Assembly: GCA_902605215.1 (NCBI GenBank)
Contig: CACLBX010000003.1
Coordinates: forward strand, 4,378-68,377
Source: an uncultured Pelagibacteraceae bacterium
Lineage (GTDB): Bacteria > Pseudomonadota > Alphaproteobacteria > Pelagibacterales > AG-422-B15
Reading direction: 5' to 3'
DNA length: 64,000 nucleotides
Shown piece after piece: positions 10,135 to 20,620 of the stretch. Position 1 is the stretch's first letter. Every line of letters begins with the position of its first letter. The notes beneath the pieces are model-generated. The model did not search any database. It was given only the letters and a program-made list of their open reading frames with translations, and had not been told where the DNA came from. The position numbers and the translations under genes are program-made.

Positions 10135-11904
10135 ATGTCATACAAAAGTCCAATAGAAGATTTCAAATATAACCTAGCAATGCTCAATTATGACGAGATC
10201 ATTGCTGGCATAGATAAATTCAAGGATTATGACTCTGATACGCTAATGAGTGTAGTGAGTGAGATTGGACGCCTGAATGAATTGGAGGTTGTTGATAGCA
10301 ATAAAGTAGGTGACCGTGAAGGTCTTAAATATCTTCCAGACGGTCCTGAAGGCCCTGAAGTCCACACTCCAGAAGCTTTTAAAAAAATCTATGAAGTTGT
10401 TAAAGACTCTGGATACGTAGGTGCTACGATGCCAACTCAATATGGTGGAGGCGGAGCTCCGTTTACAACAGCGATCCTTGCAGGAGAAGTTGGAATTGCA
10501 TCCAACATGGCGTTCTACATGGGTCCTGGACTTAGTCATGGCGCAATGAAAACTATATTGAAAAAAGCTACAGAAGAATTGAAAGATAAGTATTTACCAA
10601 ACATGACTTCTGGTGAGTGGATGGGGACTATGTGCCTCACTGAGCCACAATGTGGAACTGATCTAGGATTAATAAAATCAACAGCAAAACCAGTTGATGA
10701 CCATTATGAATTAAATGGTCAAAAAATATGGATTTCATTTGGTGAACATGATCTTACAGAAAATATAATACACCTTGTTTTAGCTCGAACACCTGATGCA
10801 CCAGCGGGTATAAAAGGCATAAGTTTATTTTTAGTTCCAAAGAGACTAGATGATAATTCAAGAAACCCGATTTTTTGTGGCGGTTTAGAACATAAACTCG
10901 GTATCAATTCATCGCCAACATGCGTTATGAATCTTGATAATGCTAAGGGGTGGCTTGTAGGTGAAGAAAACAAAGGCATGGAAGCAATGTTTTTGATGAT
11001 GAATGATGCAAGACTTAAGGTTGGCTTACAAGCAATAGCTATGTCTGAAATTTCTTATCAAAATGCATTAGAGTTTGCAAAAGAACGGAAGCAAATGAGA
11101 TCTGTAGTAAAAGAAAAACAGGACCCAGATAGCAAAGCAGATAGTATCATTGTTCACCCTGACGTTAGACGAATGCTGATGAATGTTAAATCAACTACGG
11201 AAGCAATGAGAGCACTTTGTATATATACAGCAATGAAGATTGATCTTGCAGAAGATCATCCTGATGAGCAAGTGAGACAGGATGCTGACGACTTTGCTGC
11301 TTTAATGACACCAATAATAAAAGCTTATTGTACTGAAAAAGGCTTTATGAATTGTTCTGAAAGTCTTCAAGTTCTTGGCGGGAGTGGCTTTACACAGGAA
11401 TATCCTTTGGAACAATATTTAAGAGACGTCAGGATTACGATGATTTATGAAGGAACAAACGGCATTCAAGCATTAGATTTAGTGGGGAGAAAACTTACGA
11501 TGCACAAAGGCAGAATGCTGCAAAACTTTCAAAAAGAAGTTCAAAGTTTTTTAAATGAAAATAAAGATAATACAGAGATTGCAACCTTTATTAAGCCGCT
11601 CGAAAACGCTTTAAAAGAAGTAACAACTTCAACTATGTGGTTAATGCAAAATGGAATGCAGGATCCTGAAAATGCATTATCCTCTGCAACAGATTATCTT
11701 AATTTAATGGCTTTATCTTCTATGACTTATATGTGGGCAAGAATGGCTAAGTTTTCTATCGGTAAAAATGAGCCAATTCATAAAAACAAGATTAAAACTG
11801 GTACGTATTTTGTGGAAAAAATTATGCCTGAATTAGTAATGTATTCTAAAAAAGTTCAGGCAGGAAAATCATCTATGATGGATATGGAAGTAGCAGAGTT
11901 TTAA
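10135..11904 (+). CDS. Acyl-CoA dehydrogenase, long form with extra N- and C-terminal domains
   Basis: 589 aa. CLTEPQCGTDLG, IWISFGEHD and YEGTNGIQALDL are ACAD core motifs. Has extended termini. Confidence 0.88.
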   Translation: MSYKSPIEDFKYNLAMLNYDEIIAGIDKFKDYDSDTLMSVVSEIGRLNELEVVDSNKVGDREGLKYLPDGPEGPEVHTPEAFKKIYEVVKDSGYVGATMPTQYGGGGAPFTTAILAGEVGIASNMAFYMGPGLSHGAMKTILKKATEELKDKYLPNMTSGEWMGTMCLTEPQCGTDLGLIKSTAKPVDDHYELNGQKIWISFGEHDLTENIIHLVLARTPDAPAGIKGISLFLVPKRLDDNSRNPIFCGGLEHKLGINSSPTCVMNLDNAKGWLVGEENKGMEAMFLMMNDARLKVGLQAIAMSEISYQNALEFAKERKQMRSVVKEKQDPDSKADSIIVHPDVRRMLMNVKSTTEAMRALCIYTAMKIDLAEDHPDEQVRQDADDFAALMTPIIKAYCTEKGFMNCSESLQVLGGSGFTQEYPLEQYLRDVRITMIYEGTNGIQALDLVGRKLTMHKGRMLQNFQKEVQSFLNENKDNTEIATFIKPLENALKEVTTSTMWLMQNGMQDPENALSSATDYLNLMALSSMTYMWARMAKFSIGKNEPIHKNKIKTGTYFVEKIMPELVMYSKKVQAGKSSMMDMEVAEF

Positions 11905-13092
11905 TTAAGATCTGTATCCTAATTGCCTAGCAGCCAAGTCATACATAATTTCTTCTGAACCACCACCAATTGCATTAACTCTCACTTCTCTATAAATTCT
12001 CTCAACTTTACCAGGACCACTGTTAGCTCTCAGGTATCCTGCGCCGCCAAGTATTTGCATTGCTTCTCGTGCGCATAATTCCATAGCTTTACTTGCGTGA
12101 ACTTTTAGCATAGCTAAATCAGCAATAGGACTCTCACCATTCATGACTCTCCATGATAATAATTCAGTCCATGCTCTAGACGTTCTTACAACTCTATTCA
12201 TTTCAACGAGTTTATGCTTAATAACTTGATTATCGATGAGTGGCTTACCAAAAGTTTTTCTCTCTTTAGCCCATGCAACAGCTTCATCAATACAAATTTG
12301 TGAATAGGCGTTCATTCCTGCAGCCATACCTAATCTTTCTTGACTGAAGTTACCCATCACTCCAATCCAACCACTATTTTCGCCACCAATTAAATTTTCA
12401 ACAGGAACTTTGCAATCATCAAAATATAGAACAGCTGTATCAGAACTTAACCATCCCATTTTTTTAAGCGGAGTTTGAGTAAATCCAGGTGTACCTTTTT
12501 CAATTACAAGCACAGAAATTCCGGAGGCTCCTTCACCACCGGTTCTTACTCCAACAACAAAAGTGTCTGCTCTCATGCCACTTGTGATGAACATTTTTGA
12601 ACCGTTGACAACAAAATGGTCATCTTTTCTTACTGCTTTAGTTTTCAAGCTTGCAACATCAGAGCCACCTGAAGGTTCGGTCATTGCAAGGGCCGCTATT
12701 TTTTCTCCTTTAACAACAGGTGGAATAAATTTTTCTTTTTGCTCTTCATTTCCTAGAGACTGAATCAAAGGAATTGCAATATTGTGTGAAAGTAGACTCG
12801 CAGAAACACCGCCACACCCTTGAGCAAACTCTTCTGCGGTTACAATGCCGTGGAATATATCAATGCCTTCTGTAGTGCCACCGTATTTTTCATCATAACC
12901 CATGCCCATCAGACCAACCTCGGCGGCTTTTTTGTATAATTCGCGTGGAAATTTTCCTGCTTCCTCCCATTCCTCTACAAATGGGGCTATTTCTTTAGCT
13001 ACAAACTTTCTAACCTCATCTCTCCAAGCGTGATGAGAGTCATTATAAAATAAAGGTTCTTTTCCTTCTGCTATTCCAACTTTTGGTATCAT
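11905..13092 (-). CDS. Acyl-CoA dehydrogenase
   Basis: 395 aa. AMTEPSGGSDVASL, KMFITSG, QILGGAGY and a C-terminal IGGGSEEI-type segment. Confidence 0.9.
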   Translation of the reverse strand: MIPKVGIAEGKEPLFYNDSHHAWRDEVRKFVAKEIAPFVEEWEEAGKFPRELYKKAAEVGLMGMGYDEKYGGTTEGIDIFHGIVTAEEFAQGCGGVSASLLSHNIAIPLIQSLGNEEQKEKFIPPVVKGEKIAALAMTEPSGGSDVASLKTKAVRKDDHFVVNGSKMFITSGMRADTFVVGVRTGGEGASGISVLVIEKGTPGFTQTPLKKMGWLSSDTAVLYFDDCKVPVENLIGGENSGWIGVMGNFSQERLGMAAGMNAYSQICIDEAVAWAKERKTFGKPLIDNQVIKHKLVEMNRVVRTSRAWTELLSWRVMNGESPIADLAMLKVHASKAMELCAREAMQILGGAGYLRANSGPGKVERIYREVRVNAIGGGSEEIMYDLAARQLGYRS

Positions 13093-13937
13093 GTTATTTC
13101 ACTTACTCCATTTTTAATCACAATTTTATCTCTCTCTTTTACTTTAGATTGATAGTAAACCTTACCACCGTCCTTCCACATTTCAGTAACGATTGTTTCA
13201 CCAGGATATACAGGGGATGAAAAACGGCAATCAAATTTTTTTAACCTTTTAGCATCACCTTCACATACACTTTCCACAACTGAACGGCACGCTATACCAT
13301 AAGTGCACATGCCATGAAGGATAGGCTTTTCAAATCCTGCAGACTTTGCAAAATTAGGATCGGAGTGCAGCGGATTATAATCACCTGAAAGTCTAAAAAT
13401 TAAAGCTTGGTCAGGCTTAGTTTCAATTTCGTGAACAAAATCTGGATCACCTTCTGGTTTAAATATTTCATTCTTTGGAGACTCTGGGCCCCCAAACCCC
13501 CCGTCACCCCTTGCAAACGTTGTGCTTACAAGTTTACAGATTTCAGTATTATCTTTTTTTTGGCTTATTGTAGTCTCCACTTCTATAATTGCACCTTTGC
13601 CAGCGCCTTTATCATAGCATCCTATTACTTTTGCATTAGAAATAAAATCTCCATATACTGGCAGAGGATTTGTAAAAGATAATTTTTGCTCACCATGCAC
13701 TACTAAAATGAAATTTATGTTAGTTTTTAAAAGTAGAGGTGAATGATATTGGAAGTTTGTAGCCATTGAAGGTAAAGCAACTTGTGAGTTTTCATAAACA
13801 TATTTTAACTCTTTCATATTCATTGGATCATTACCTAGACCAACTCCAAGGCTATAGAGGATTGAATCCTTATCAGAGTAAGAAATTTCAACATTCTCAG
13901 ATGTCATAGACATTATTTCGTCGTAATTAATAGGCAT
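13089..13937 (-). CDS. MaoC-like (R)-specific enoyl-CoA hydratase, double hot-dog
   Basis: 282 aa. SGDYNPLHSDPNFAKSAGFEKPILHGMCTYG is the MaoC dehydratase motif. 4-nt overlap with the downstream ACAD gene. Confidence 0.8.
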   Translation of the reverse strand: MPINYDEIMSMTSENVEISYSDKDSILYSLGVGLGNDPMNMKELKYVYENSQVALPSMATNFQYHSPLLLKTNINFILVVHGEQKLSFTNPLPVYGDFISNAKVIGCYDKGAGKGAIIEVETTISQKKDNTEICKLVSTTFARGDGGFGGPESPKNEIFKPEGDPDFVHEIETKPDQALIFRLSGDYNPLHSDPNFAKSAGFEKPILHGMCTYGIACRSVVESVCEGDAKRLKKFDCRFSSPVYPGETIVTEMWKDGGKVYYQSKVKERDKIVIKNGVSEIT

Positions 13938-13996
13938 TTTTTATGTATTTTAGTACGTTTTAAATATATATATAGTTTATATAGTTCAAATATTTA

Positions 13997-14866
13997 ATGC
14001 GAGTAAAAAATATGTCTAAACCATTTGATGTCGAGATAAACAATTCAATAGCCCATATAAGGTTTAACAGGCCTGAGAAAAGAAACTCAATGAATGAGGA
14101 TTTTTGGAATTTATTTCCCAAAGAAGTTGAAGAATTAGATAGTAGTGGTGAAGTTAGAGCCTTGGTTGTTTCATCAACAGGTCCTCACTTTTCATCTGGC
14201 ATAGATTTGAATATGTTTAAGGATGATGTAGTTGAAAACCAGAGTGAAAATGAACTTGGAAGAAGCAGAGGTTACTTCTTACAACAATTACATTATTTGC
14301 AGAACGCAGCTACGTGCTTAGAAACAGCTCGTTTTCCAGTAATAGCAGCTGTTCAAGGAGGTTGCATTGGTGGAGGAATAGATTTAATAACTGCAGCTGA
14401 TATAAGATTATGTACAAAAGATGCTTTCTTTTTAATAGAAGAAATTAATGTTGGACTTGCTGCAGATATTGGCACTATTCAAAGACTCCCAAAAATCATC
14501 CCTGCTGGCATTGCAAGAGAATGGACAATGATGGGAGAAAAAGTTTCTGCCGAAAGAGCAAAAGAAGTAGGACTTGTGAGTTCTCTGCATGAAAATCATG
14601 AAGAAATGTTGGAAAGTGCATTTAAGATTGCTGAAAGACTTGCTTCTAAAACGCCTTTGGCCATGTGGGTTACTAAAGAAGTTCTAAATTACTCAAGAGA
14701 TCATTCAGTGAAAGAAGGGTTAGAAAATGTAGCTTTATGGAATGCGGCGACCCTTCACAAAGAAGATGTGATGAATACCATGATGGCAAAAATGCAAAAA
14801 AAAGATCCAGAATATAGAAACTTAAGAAATAAAAATTTTCTGAAACGTAAATCTGATAAACAGTAA
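13997..14866 (+). CDS. Enoyl-CoA hydratase/isomerase (crotonase), dienoyl-CoA isomerase-like
   Basis: RPEKRNSM, HFSSGIDL and GGCIGGGIDL are crotonase-fold oxyanion segments. Resembles ECH1-type isomerases. Confidence 0.82.
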   Translation: MRVKNMSKPFDVEINNSIAHIRFNRPEKRNSMNEDFWNLFPKEVEELDSSGEVRALVVSSTGPHFSSGIDLNMFKDDVVENQSENELGRSRGYFLQQLHYLQNAATCLETARFPVIAAVQGGCIGGGIDLITAADIRLCTKDAFFLIEEINVGLAADIGTIQRLPKIIPAGIAREWTMMGEKVSAERAKEVGLVSSLHENHEEMLESAFKIAERLASKTPLAMWVTKEVLNYSRDHSVKEGLENVALWNAATLHKEDVMNTMMAKMQKKDPEYRNLRNKNFLKRKSDKQ

Positions 14867-14885
14867 ATCAGATATAAAAAGTTAA

Positions 14886-15755
14886 ATGAGATTCAAAAAA
14901 GGAATTATTCTTGCCGCAGGTAAGGGAACTCGACTGTTTCCATCAACTGAAGCGACACCTAAGCCATTGCTGCCCTTATATGATAAGCCATCGCTTTATT
15001 ATGCGCTGTCAAATCTAATGAGTGCAGGCATTAAAGATATATTATTTATTTCACGTAAACAGGATATGCAGATTTTTAAAAAACTCTTTGGCACAGGAAA
15101 TCAGTTAGGCATGCGTTTTAAATATACCTTTCAGCCTAAGCCCAAGGGCATACCTGATGCAATAAATGTTGCCAATAAATTTATTGCCAAACAGCCATTT
15201 GTCTTAGCCTTGGCGGACAATCTTTTTATTGGGGACAGTTTTCAAAAAACACTAAAGCAAGTGCAATCAATCAAGTCGGGTGCAGCGGTCTTAGCTGTAA
15301 AAACTAAGTATCCATCAAAATCTGCTGTAATTGATCTGGAAAAAAAAGGGAAAATCAAATCAATTATCGAAAAACCAAAAAAACCTAAAAGCAATTTAAC
15401 GATACCAGGATTATATTTTTATGATTCAAAAACTAAAACGGTAGTTAGGAAACTCAAACCTTCTAAAAGAGGTGAATTGGAAATAGTTGACGTACATCTT
15501 GATTATTTAGAGAAACAACAACTCAAAGTATTCCCGCTCAAAAAAGATATAAAATGGTTTGATACAGGTGATGCTGAGGAAATGCTTGAGGCCTCTAATT
15601 ATGTTCAAAGATATCAAAAAAATAAGAAAACCCTAGTGGGTTCAATTGAATTAGTTGCCTTAAAAAATGGCTGGATCTCAAAAAAGAGATTCAATTTAAT
15701 AGTTAGTAAATATCCAAATTCGCAGTATAAAAAAAATCTTCAAAAATTCTGTTAA
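14886..15755 (+). CDS. Sugar-1-phosphate nucleotidylyltransferase (RmlA/RfbA-like)
   Basis: GIILAAGKGTRLFPST..PKPLLPLYDKPSLYYALSNLMSAGIKDILFIS matches the RmlA N-terminal signature. The C-terminal part is divergent. Confidence 0.72.
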   Translation: MRFKKGIILAAGKGTRLFPSTEATPKPLLPLYDKPSLYYALSNLMSAGIKDILFISRKQDMQIFKKLFGTGNQLGMRFKYTFQPKPKGIPDAINVANKFIAKQPFVLALADNLFIGDSFQKTLKQVQSIKSGAAVLAVKTKYPSKSAVIDLEKKGKIKSIIEKPKKPKSNLTIPGLYFYDSKTKTVVRKLKPSKRGELEIVDVHLDYLEKQQLKVFPLKKDIKWFDTGDAEEMLEASNYVQRYQKNKKTLVGSIELVALKNGWISKKRFNLIVSKYPNSQYKKNLQKFC

Positions 15756-15757
15756 TA

Positions 15758-16255
15758 ATGGATCGAGAAGGCTTGATAGACTTACTCAACACGAAATCTA
15801 TTCGATTTAACTTAACTGAACACAAACCGTTATTCACAGTTGAGGACTCAAAAAATTTAAGAGGTCAGATCGACGGAGCACATTCAAAGAATCTCTTCTT
15901 AAAGGATAAAAAAGATAATTTTTATTTAGTTAGCTTTATAGAAGATATAGTTGCAGATCTCAAAAAAGCTGCAATTCCACTAGGCTCAAAGAAACTATCA
16001 TTTGCAAGAGAAGAGTATCTTATGCAATATTTAGGCATTAAGCCAGGGTCTGTATCTCCATTTGGATTAATTAATGATCATGAAAAAAAAGTTAAATTCT
16101 TTTTTGACTCAGAATTTATGAATTTTGATATTGTAAATTTTCATCCGCTTGTCAACACAGCAACAGTTTCAATTGCACCAAGTGATCTAATCGATCTTAT
16201 CGAAGAGCATCATTCAAAAGTAGAATTTATTAATATGCGTCAATTTCAGAAATAA
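15758..16255 (+). CDS. YbaK/ProX-type aminoacyl-tRNA editing domain protein
   Basis: 165 aa. HSKNLFLKDKK, KLSFAREEYLMQYLGIKPGSVSPFGLIND and NFHPLVNTAT fit the prolyl-tRNA-synthetase-associated editing domain. Confidence 0.72.
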   Translation: MDREGLIDLLNTKSIRFNLTEHKPLFTVEDSKNLRGQIDGAHSKNLFLKDKKDNFYLVSFIEDIVADLKKAAIPLGSKKLSFAREEYLMQYLGIKPGSVSPFGLINDHEKKVKFFFDSEFMNFDIVNFHPLVNTATVSIAPSDLIDLIEEHHSKVEFINMRQFQK

Positions 16256-16256
16256 A

Positions 16257-16784
16257 ATGAAAAAAGCAAAATTTATTAAAACAAAAAAAAGTATTGATGC
16301 AAATGTATTTAAACTTCAATTGGACGAAGTCGTTTGGGTAAATGGCAAGAAAGCTATAAGAGATGTTATACGCCATAATGGGATAACTGCTATAGTCCCA
16401 ATTATAGAAAAGAAATATATTATCTTGATTAAGCAGTATAGGTATGGAGCTGACAGGATCATGTTAGAGGTACCAGCAGGAACCATTGACCCTGGTGAAA
16501 GACCTTTACAATGCGCAAAGCGTGAATTGATTGAGGAAACTGGTTATCATGGAAAGCAATGGAAACTTATAGGTAAATACTTTCCAACTCCAGCCTATAA
16601 CACATGTATTATTCATTCCTATCTAACACATTGCTATAAACAAACAGAAACAAATTATGATGAAGACGAAGTCTTAGAAACAAAAATTTTCTCAGTTAGT
16701 GAAATTAAAAAGATGCTGAGGAATAATAAGTTTTCTGATATGAAAACTTATATATGCCTTGAAAGATATCTTAGATATTATTGA
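16257..16784 (+). CDS. NUDIX hydrolase (ADP-ribose pyrophosphatase-like)
   Basis: Nudix box GTIDPGERPLQCAKRELIEETGY. Confidence 0.85.
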   Translation: MKKAKFIKTKKSIDANVFKLQLDEVVWVNGKKAIRDVIRHNGITAIVPIIEKKYIILIKQYRYGADRIMLEVPAGTIDPGERPLQCAKRELIEETGYHGKQWKLIGKYFPTPAYNTCIIHSYLTHCYKQTETNYDEDEVLETKIFSVSEIKKMLRNNKFSDMKTYICLERYLRYY

Positions 16785-17215
16785 TTAAGTATTTTCCAGA
16801 TCCCTGAAGCTGACAAAATAATTTTATCTTTTGAGATTAAGTTTCCCTCTACAAATACAAGAGATTTGGTTGTTTTTGTAACTTTTCCGTCGCATTGAAT
16901 AATGTCATCTTGAAGACCTGGGCTTACAAAATTGCAATTTAAAGAGATAGTGCTGCAAGGTTTCTTTCCACATGCAGTAAATACCATTGAGCCTAAAAAA
17001 ATATCTGCCAATGACATTGAGTATCCACCGTGTGCAATTCCATGAGCATTTAGATGCTTATCTAAAATTTTTGTAATAAATTTAAAGTTTCCGTCATCTT
17101 CTTTTTTGAAATACATAGGACCAATGAGTACATCGAAACCTGCATGCCACCCAAGTTTTTTATAACCTTCAGGAACCCAGTTTGGAAGAGACGTTTCTGT
17201 TTTAAGCATTACCAT
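16778..17215 (-). CDS. PaaI/hot-dog fold thioesterase
   Basis: 145 aa. NAHGIAHGGYSMSLADIFLG matches the PaaI-type thioesterase motif. Confidence 0.72.
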   Translation of the reverse strand: MVMLKTETSLPNWVPEGYKKLGWHAGFDVLIGPMYFKKEDDGNFKFITKILDKHLNAHGIAHGGYSMSLADIFLGSMVFTACGKKPCSTISLNCNFVSPGLQDDIIQCDGKVTKTTKSLVFVEGNLISKDKIILSASGIWKILNQ

Positions 17216-17407
17216 TTTAGAATCTTATGTTATTAAGAATGCGAGTTTTTTAGCCTCGTAATTAAATCTGGTCAAGCATAATAAAGAAATTTATATGCCA
17301 AAATTTGAGGGTATTTTTAACATCTTTAGATATATCCAATTTTAACTTTTTTTTTCATATAAAAAGTTTATGTTACACTTTTTAAATATTTTCAGGAAAA
17401 TAATCGT

Positions 17408-18589
17408 ATGAGAGAAGCTGCAATAATATCAACTGCTAGAACTGGGTTAGCAAAAGCTATGCGTGGAGGATTTAATAAAACTCATGGAATTACAATGGGT
17501 GGCCATACTGTAAAGCATGCAATTGAACGAGCAGGAATAGAGTCTGGTGAAGTTGAAGATATTATATTTGGCTGTGGGCAACCAGAAGCTGCAACTGGTC
17601 ATAACATTGGAAGAAATGTGGCGATAGCTGGCGGATGTCCTGTTACTGTTCCCGGTACAACAATCAATAGATTTTGCTCATCAGGGCTTCAAAGTATTGC
17701 TGTTGCAGCTCAAAGAATTATTGTTGATGGTATCAAAGTTGCAATAGGAGGTGGGGTTGAGTCGATTTCAATGACACAGCAGAACTTAAACATGAAACAC
17801 CTGATTGAGCCTGAATTGCAAAAAATCTGTCCTGCATTATGGATGCCAATGATTAATACAGCAGACATTGTTGCTGATAGATACAAAGTAAGCAGAGAAC
17901 AGCAGGATGAGTACTCACTTCAAAGTCAGCAGCGCACAGCAGAGGCACAAAGTGCTGGAAAATTTGCTGATGAAATCGTTCCTTTAAAAACAAAAATGGA
18001 CGTTATGAATAAAGAAACAAAGGAAGTTACTGAGCAAGAGGTAACAGTTGATAAGGATGAGTGCAATAGACCCCAGACAACATTGGAGAGTTTAGCTGGG
18101 TTAATGCCTGTTGTGGGGCCTGAGAAATATGTGACTGCAGGAAATGCAAGTCAGTTATCTGATGGAGCATCATCATGTGTCTTAATGGATTTGAAAGAAG
18201 CAGAAAAAAGAAACATTGAACCAATGGGAATTTTTAGAGGATTGTCCGTTGCAGCGTGCGAGCCTGATGAAATGGGAATTGGTCCAGTTTTTGCTGTACC
18301 GAAATTGTTAGAACAACACGGCTTATCTGTTGATGATATTGACATTTGGGAACTAAATGAAGCTTTTGCTGTTCAAGTCTTATATTGCCGTGATAAGCTT
18401 GGCATAGACAACGAAAAGTTGAATGTTAATGGTGGTTCAATTTCAATTGGACACCCATACGGTATGACAGGTTCACGTATGACAGGTCATATTTTAATAG
18501 AAGGTAAAAGAAGAAATGCAAAATACGGTGTCGTCACAATGTGCGTTGGTGGTGGAATGGGAGCAGCAGGACTTTTTGAGATTTTATGA
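17408..18589 (+). CDS. Acetyl-CoA C-acyltransferase (thiolase)
   Basis: 393 aa. NRFCSSGLQS (active Cys), NEAFA, GGSISIGHPYGMTG and MCVGGGMG. Confidence 0.93.
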   Translation: MREAAIISTARTGLAKAMRGGFNKTHGITMGGHTVKHAIERAGIESGEVEDIIFGCGQPEAATGHNIGRNVAIAGGCPVTVPGTTINRFCSSGLQSIAVAAQRIIVDGIKVAIGGGVESISMTQQNLNMKHLIEPELQKICPALWMPMINTADIVADRYKVSREQQDEYSLQSQQRTAEAQSAGKFADEIVPLKTKMDVMNKETKEVTEQEVTVDKDECNRPQTTLESLAGLMPVVGPEKYVTAGNASQLSDGASSCVLMDLKEAEKRNIEPMGIFRGLSVAACEPDEMGIGPVFAVPKLLEQHGLSVDDIDIWELNEAFAVQVLYCRDKLGIDNEKLNVNGGSISIGHPYGMTGSRMTGHILIEGKRRNAKYGVVTMCVGGGMGAAGLFEIL

Positions 18590-18957
18590 TTGATACTATT
18601 AAATATATTGAGAAAATTGCTTTAGTAATAATTATTATCGCGACGGTTATTGCTATTGGCTATGAGATTTTTGCAATGTATGAGAAATCACTTGTTGAGT
18701 TAGCAGATCTATTGTTACTTTTTATTTATTTAGAAGTTATTCAAATGATCAGAGAGTATTGGACGCTTAACAGAATTAGAATAAGTATTCCATTATTTAT
18801 TGCAATTACTGCCGTTGCTAGATTGATTATACTTCAGGGAAAGACAATGGATCCTAGCATGCTGCTATATGAGGGTGGCGCAATATTGCTTATAGCAATT
18901 GCAGTGCTTATTCTTAAAGCTAGAAAACTAAAGATGTTTTCTGATGTTGAAGAGTAA
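18586..18957 (+). CDS. Small integral membrane protein (possibly PsiE-like)
   Basis: 123 aa with about four hydrophobic helices. 4-nt overlap with the thiolase gene. Family assignment is weak. Confidence 0.45.
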   Translation: MIDTIKYIEKIALVIIIIATVIAIGYEIFAMYEKSLVELADLLLLFIYLEVIQMIREYWTLNRIRISIPLFIAITAVARLIILQGKTMDPSMLLYEGGAILLIAIAVLILKARKLKMFSDVEE

Positions 18958-19375
18958 ACTATATAATTATTTCCAAATATTAATTTTATTTCTCCTTATT
19001 CAAAATGGAGCGTACGCATTTACTGCTTCTGATGAAGAAGAAATAATATCAGTAGTAAGTGCACAACTTCAGGCATTTCAGAACGATGATTTTGAAAAAG
19101 CCTATTCATATGCTTCTCCAACAATTAAAACTATTTTTTCAGATTATAAAAAGTTTAGAGATATGGTGGTGGGTCAGTACCAAGCCGTTTACCGCCCTAA
19201 GAGTATAAATATAGGCAGTGTATCAACAGAGGGAGGCGTCCCTTTCCTTGAAGTATATTTAGTTGATCCAGATGGAATATTTGTGACAGCAATTTATTCA
19301 ATGCAACAACAAGAAAATGGTAGCTGGTTAATTAATGGCTGCTTTCTGAGCAAAGCGCAAAGTGATCAGGCCTAG
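18944..19375 (+). CDS. Secreted DUF4864-like protein
   Basis: Signal peptide, then VVSAQLQAFQNDDFEKAYSYASPTIKTIF..FRDMV, which resembles DUF4864. Confidence 0.5.
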   Translation: MLKSKLYNYFQILILFLLIQNGAYAFTASDEEEIISVVSAQLQAFQNDDFEKAYSYASPTIKTIFSDYKKFRDMVVGQYQAVYRPKSINIGSVSTEGGVPFLEVYLVDPDGIFVTAIYSMQQQENGSWLINGCFLSKAQSDQA

Positions 19376-20620
19376 TTAAGCTGAGTTCTTAATAATTTCT
19401 TGATAATATTTTAAACTTTTTTTGCTTTTTCTTTCTAGTGTTTCTCTATCAACTTCAATGAGGCCAAATCTTGGTTTATATCCATACAACCATTCAAAAT
19501 TATCAAGGAATGACCAATAGTAATAACCTCTGATATCGAGACCATCATCAATACAACGCTGAAGACCCTCTAATGCTGTTTTGACATAACTAATTCTTTG
19601 TTCATCATCATCAGTCCCAATTCCATTTTCAGTAACAATCATCGGACAGTTAATTTTTGGAGCTACATACCTCAACACATTCTCAAGTGATTCTGGATAA
19701 TACTCATATCCCATAACGAGCATAGTTGAATCATTTATATTAGGTTTTACAATTCCCTCTGGGCCATACGTATGACGTGTGTATGTTTGTATGCCTATAA
19801 AGTCATCATTTTTTACCTGATCTAGGCATATATCTACAGACTCAGCATGAGCCTTATCTCTCATTTCTTCTCCACCATCAATACATTGGTAATCCATAAT
19901 TGAAAGTGTGATGCCCACTGGCTGATTATGATCTAAATTACCTTTGATTACTGGAAAAGACTTTACATGAGCCTCCATCATGCAATCTCTTATTTTAAAT
20001 GGATGCCCAAATAAAAAAGGTCCAAAGTTCTCAATATTAGATCCGCATGATTTTGCTGCTTCACCAACAAACGGCATAATTGTTTTCATTCCACCCTCCG
20101 GGTAGCTTGGAAAACTATGAGCAAAACAAGCGGTTAGGTTTGCCTCATTAATTGTACATACTGTATCCATGTAATCGTTCAATTCTTTCGATACTTTTTC
20201 TGAGTACCTTACAAATAAATCAACATTATCCTGATTTTCCCAACCGCCTTTTGCAGTAAACCAAAGTGGGGATGTAAAGTGTTGAAAGGTTACACAAGTT
20301 TTCAAACCTTTCTTTCGACAATAATCTAGAACCTTTTTGTAGTGATCGATTGCTTCTTGAGAAAATTCACCTTCACTGGTTTCAATTCGAGCCCATTCAA
20401 CTGATAAGCGGTAAGCTTGGATGGAATGATCAGCCATAATATCGATATCTTCTTCATATCTATTCCATTGATCACAGGCAATACCTGAAGGTTCAGCAAA
20501 TGTTGTGTCTTTTGTATGCTCTAAGTGCCAAAAATCTGAATTAGTATTGTTTCCCTCAACTTGATGTGCTGCAGTTGCAGTACCCCATATAAAATCTTTG
20601 GGTAAATTCTTAAATATCAT
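19376..20620 (-). CDS. Glycoside hydrolase family 1 beta-glucosidase/galactosidase
   Basis: WGTATAAHQVEG, TINEAN (acid/base Glu), IVTENGIG (nucleophile Glu) and WSFLDNFEW. Confidence 0.9.
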   Translation of the reverse strand: MIFKNLPKDFIWGTATAAHQVEGNNTNSDFWHLEHTKDTTFAEPSGIACDQWNRYEEDIDIMADHSIQAYRLSVEWARIETSEGEFSQEAIDHYKKVLDYCRKKGLKTCVTFQHFTSPLWFTAKGGWENQDNVDLFVRYSEKVSKELNDYMDTVCTINEANLTACFAHSFPSYPEGGMKTIMPFVGEAAKSCGSNIENFGPFLFGHPFKIRDCMMEAHVKSFPVIKGNLDHNQPVGITLSIMDYQCIDGGEEMRDKAHAESVDICLDQVKNDDFIGIQTYTRHTYGPEGIVKPNINDSTMLVMGYEYYPESLENVLRYVAPKINCPMIVTENGIGTDDDEQRISYVKTALEGLQRCIDDGLDIRGYYYWSFLDNFEWLYGYKPRFGLIEVDRETLERKSKKSLKYYQEIIKNSA

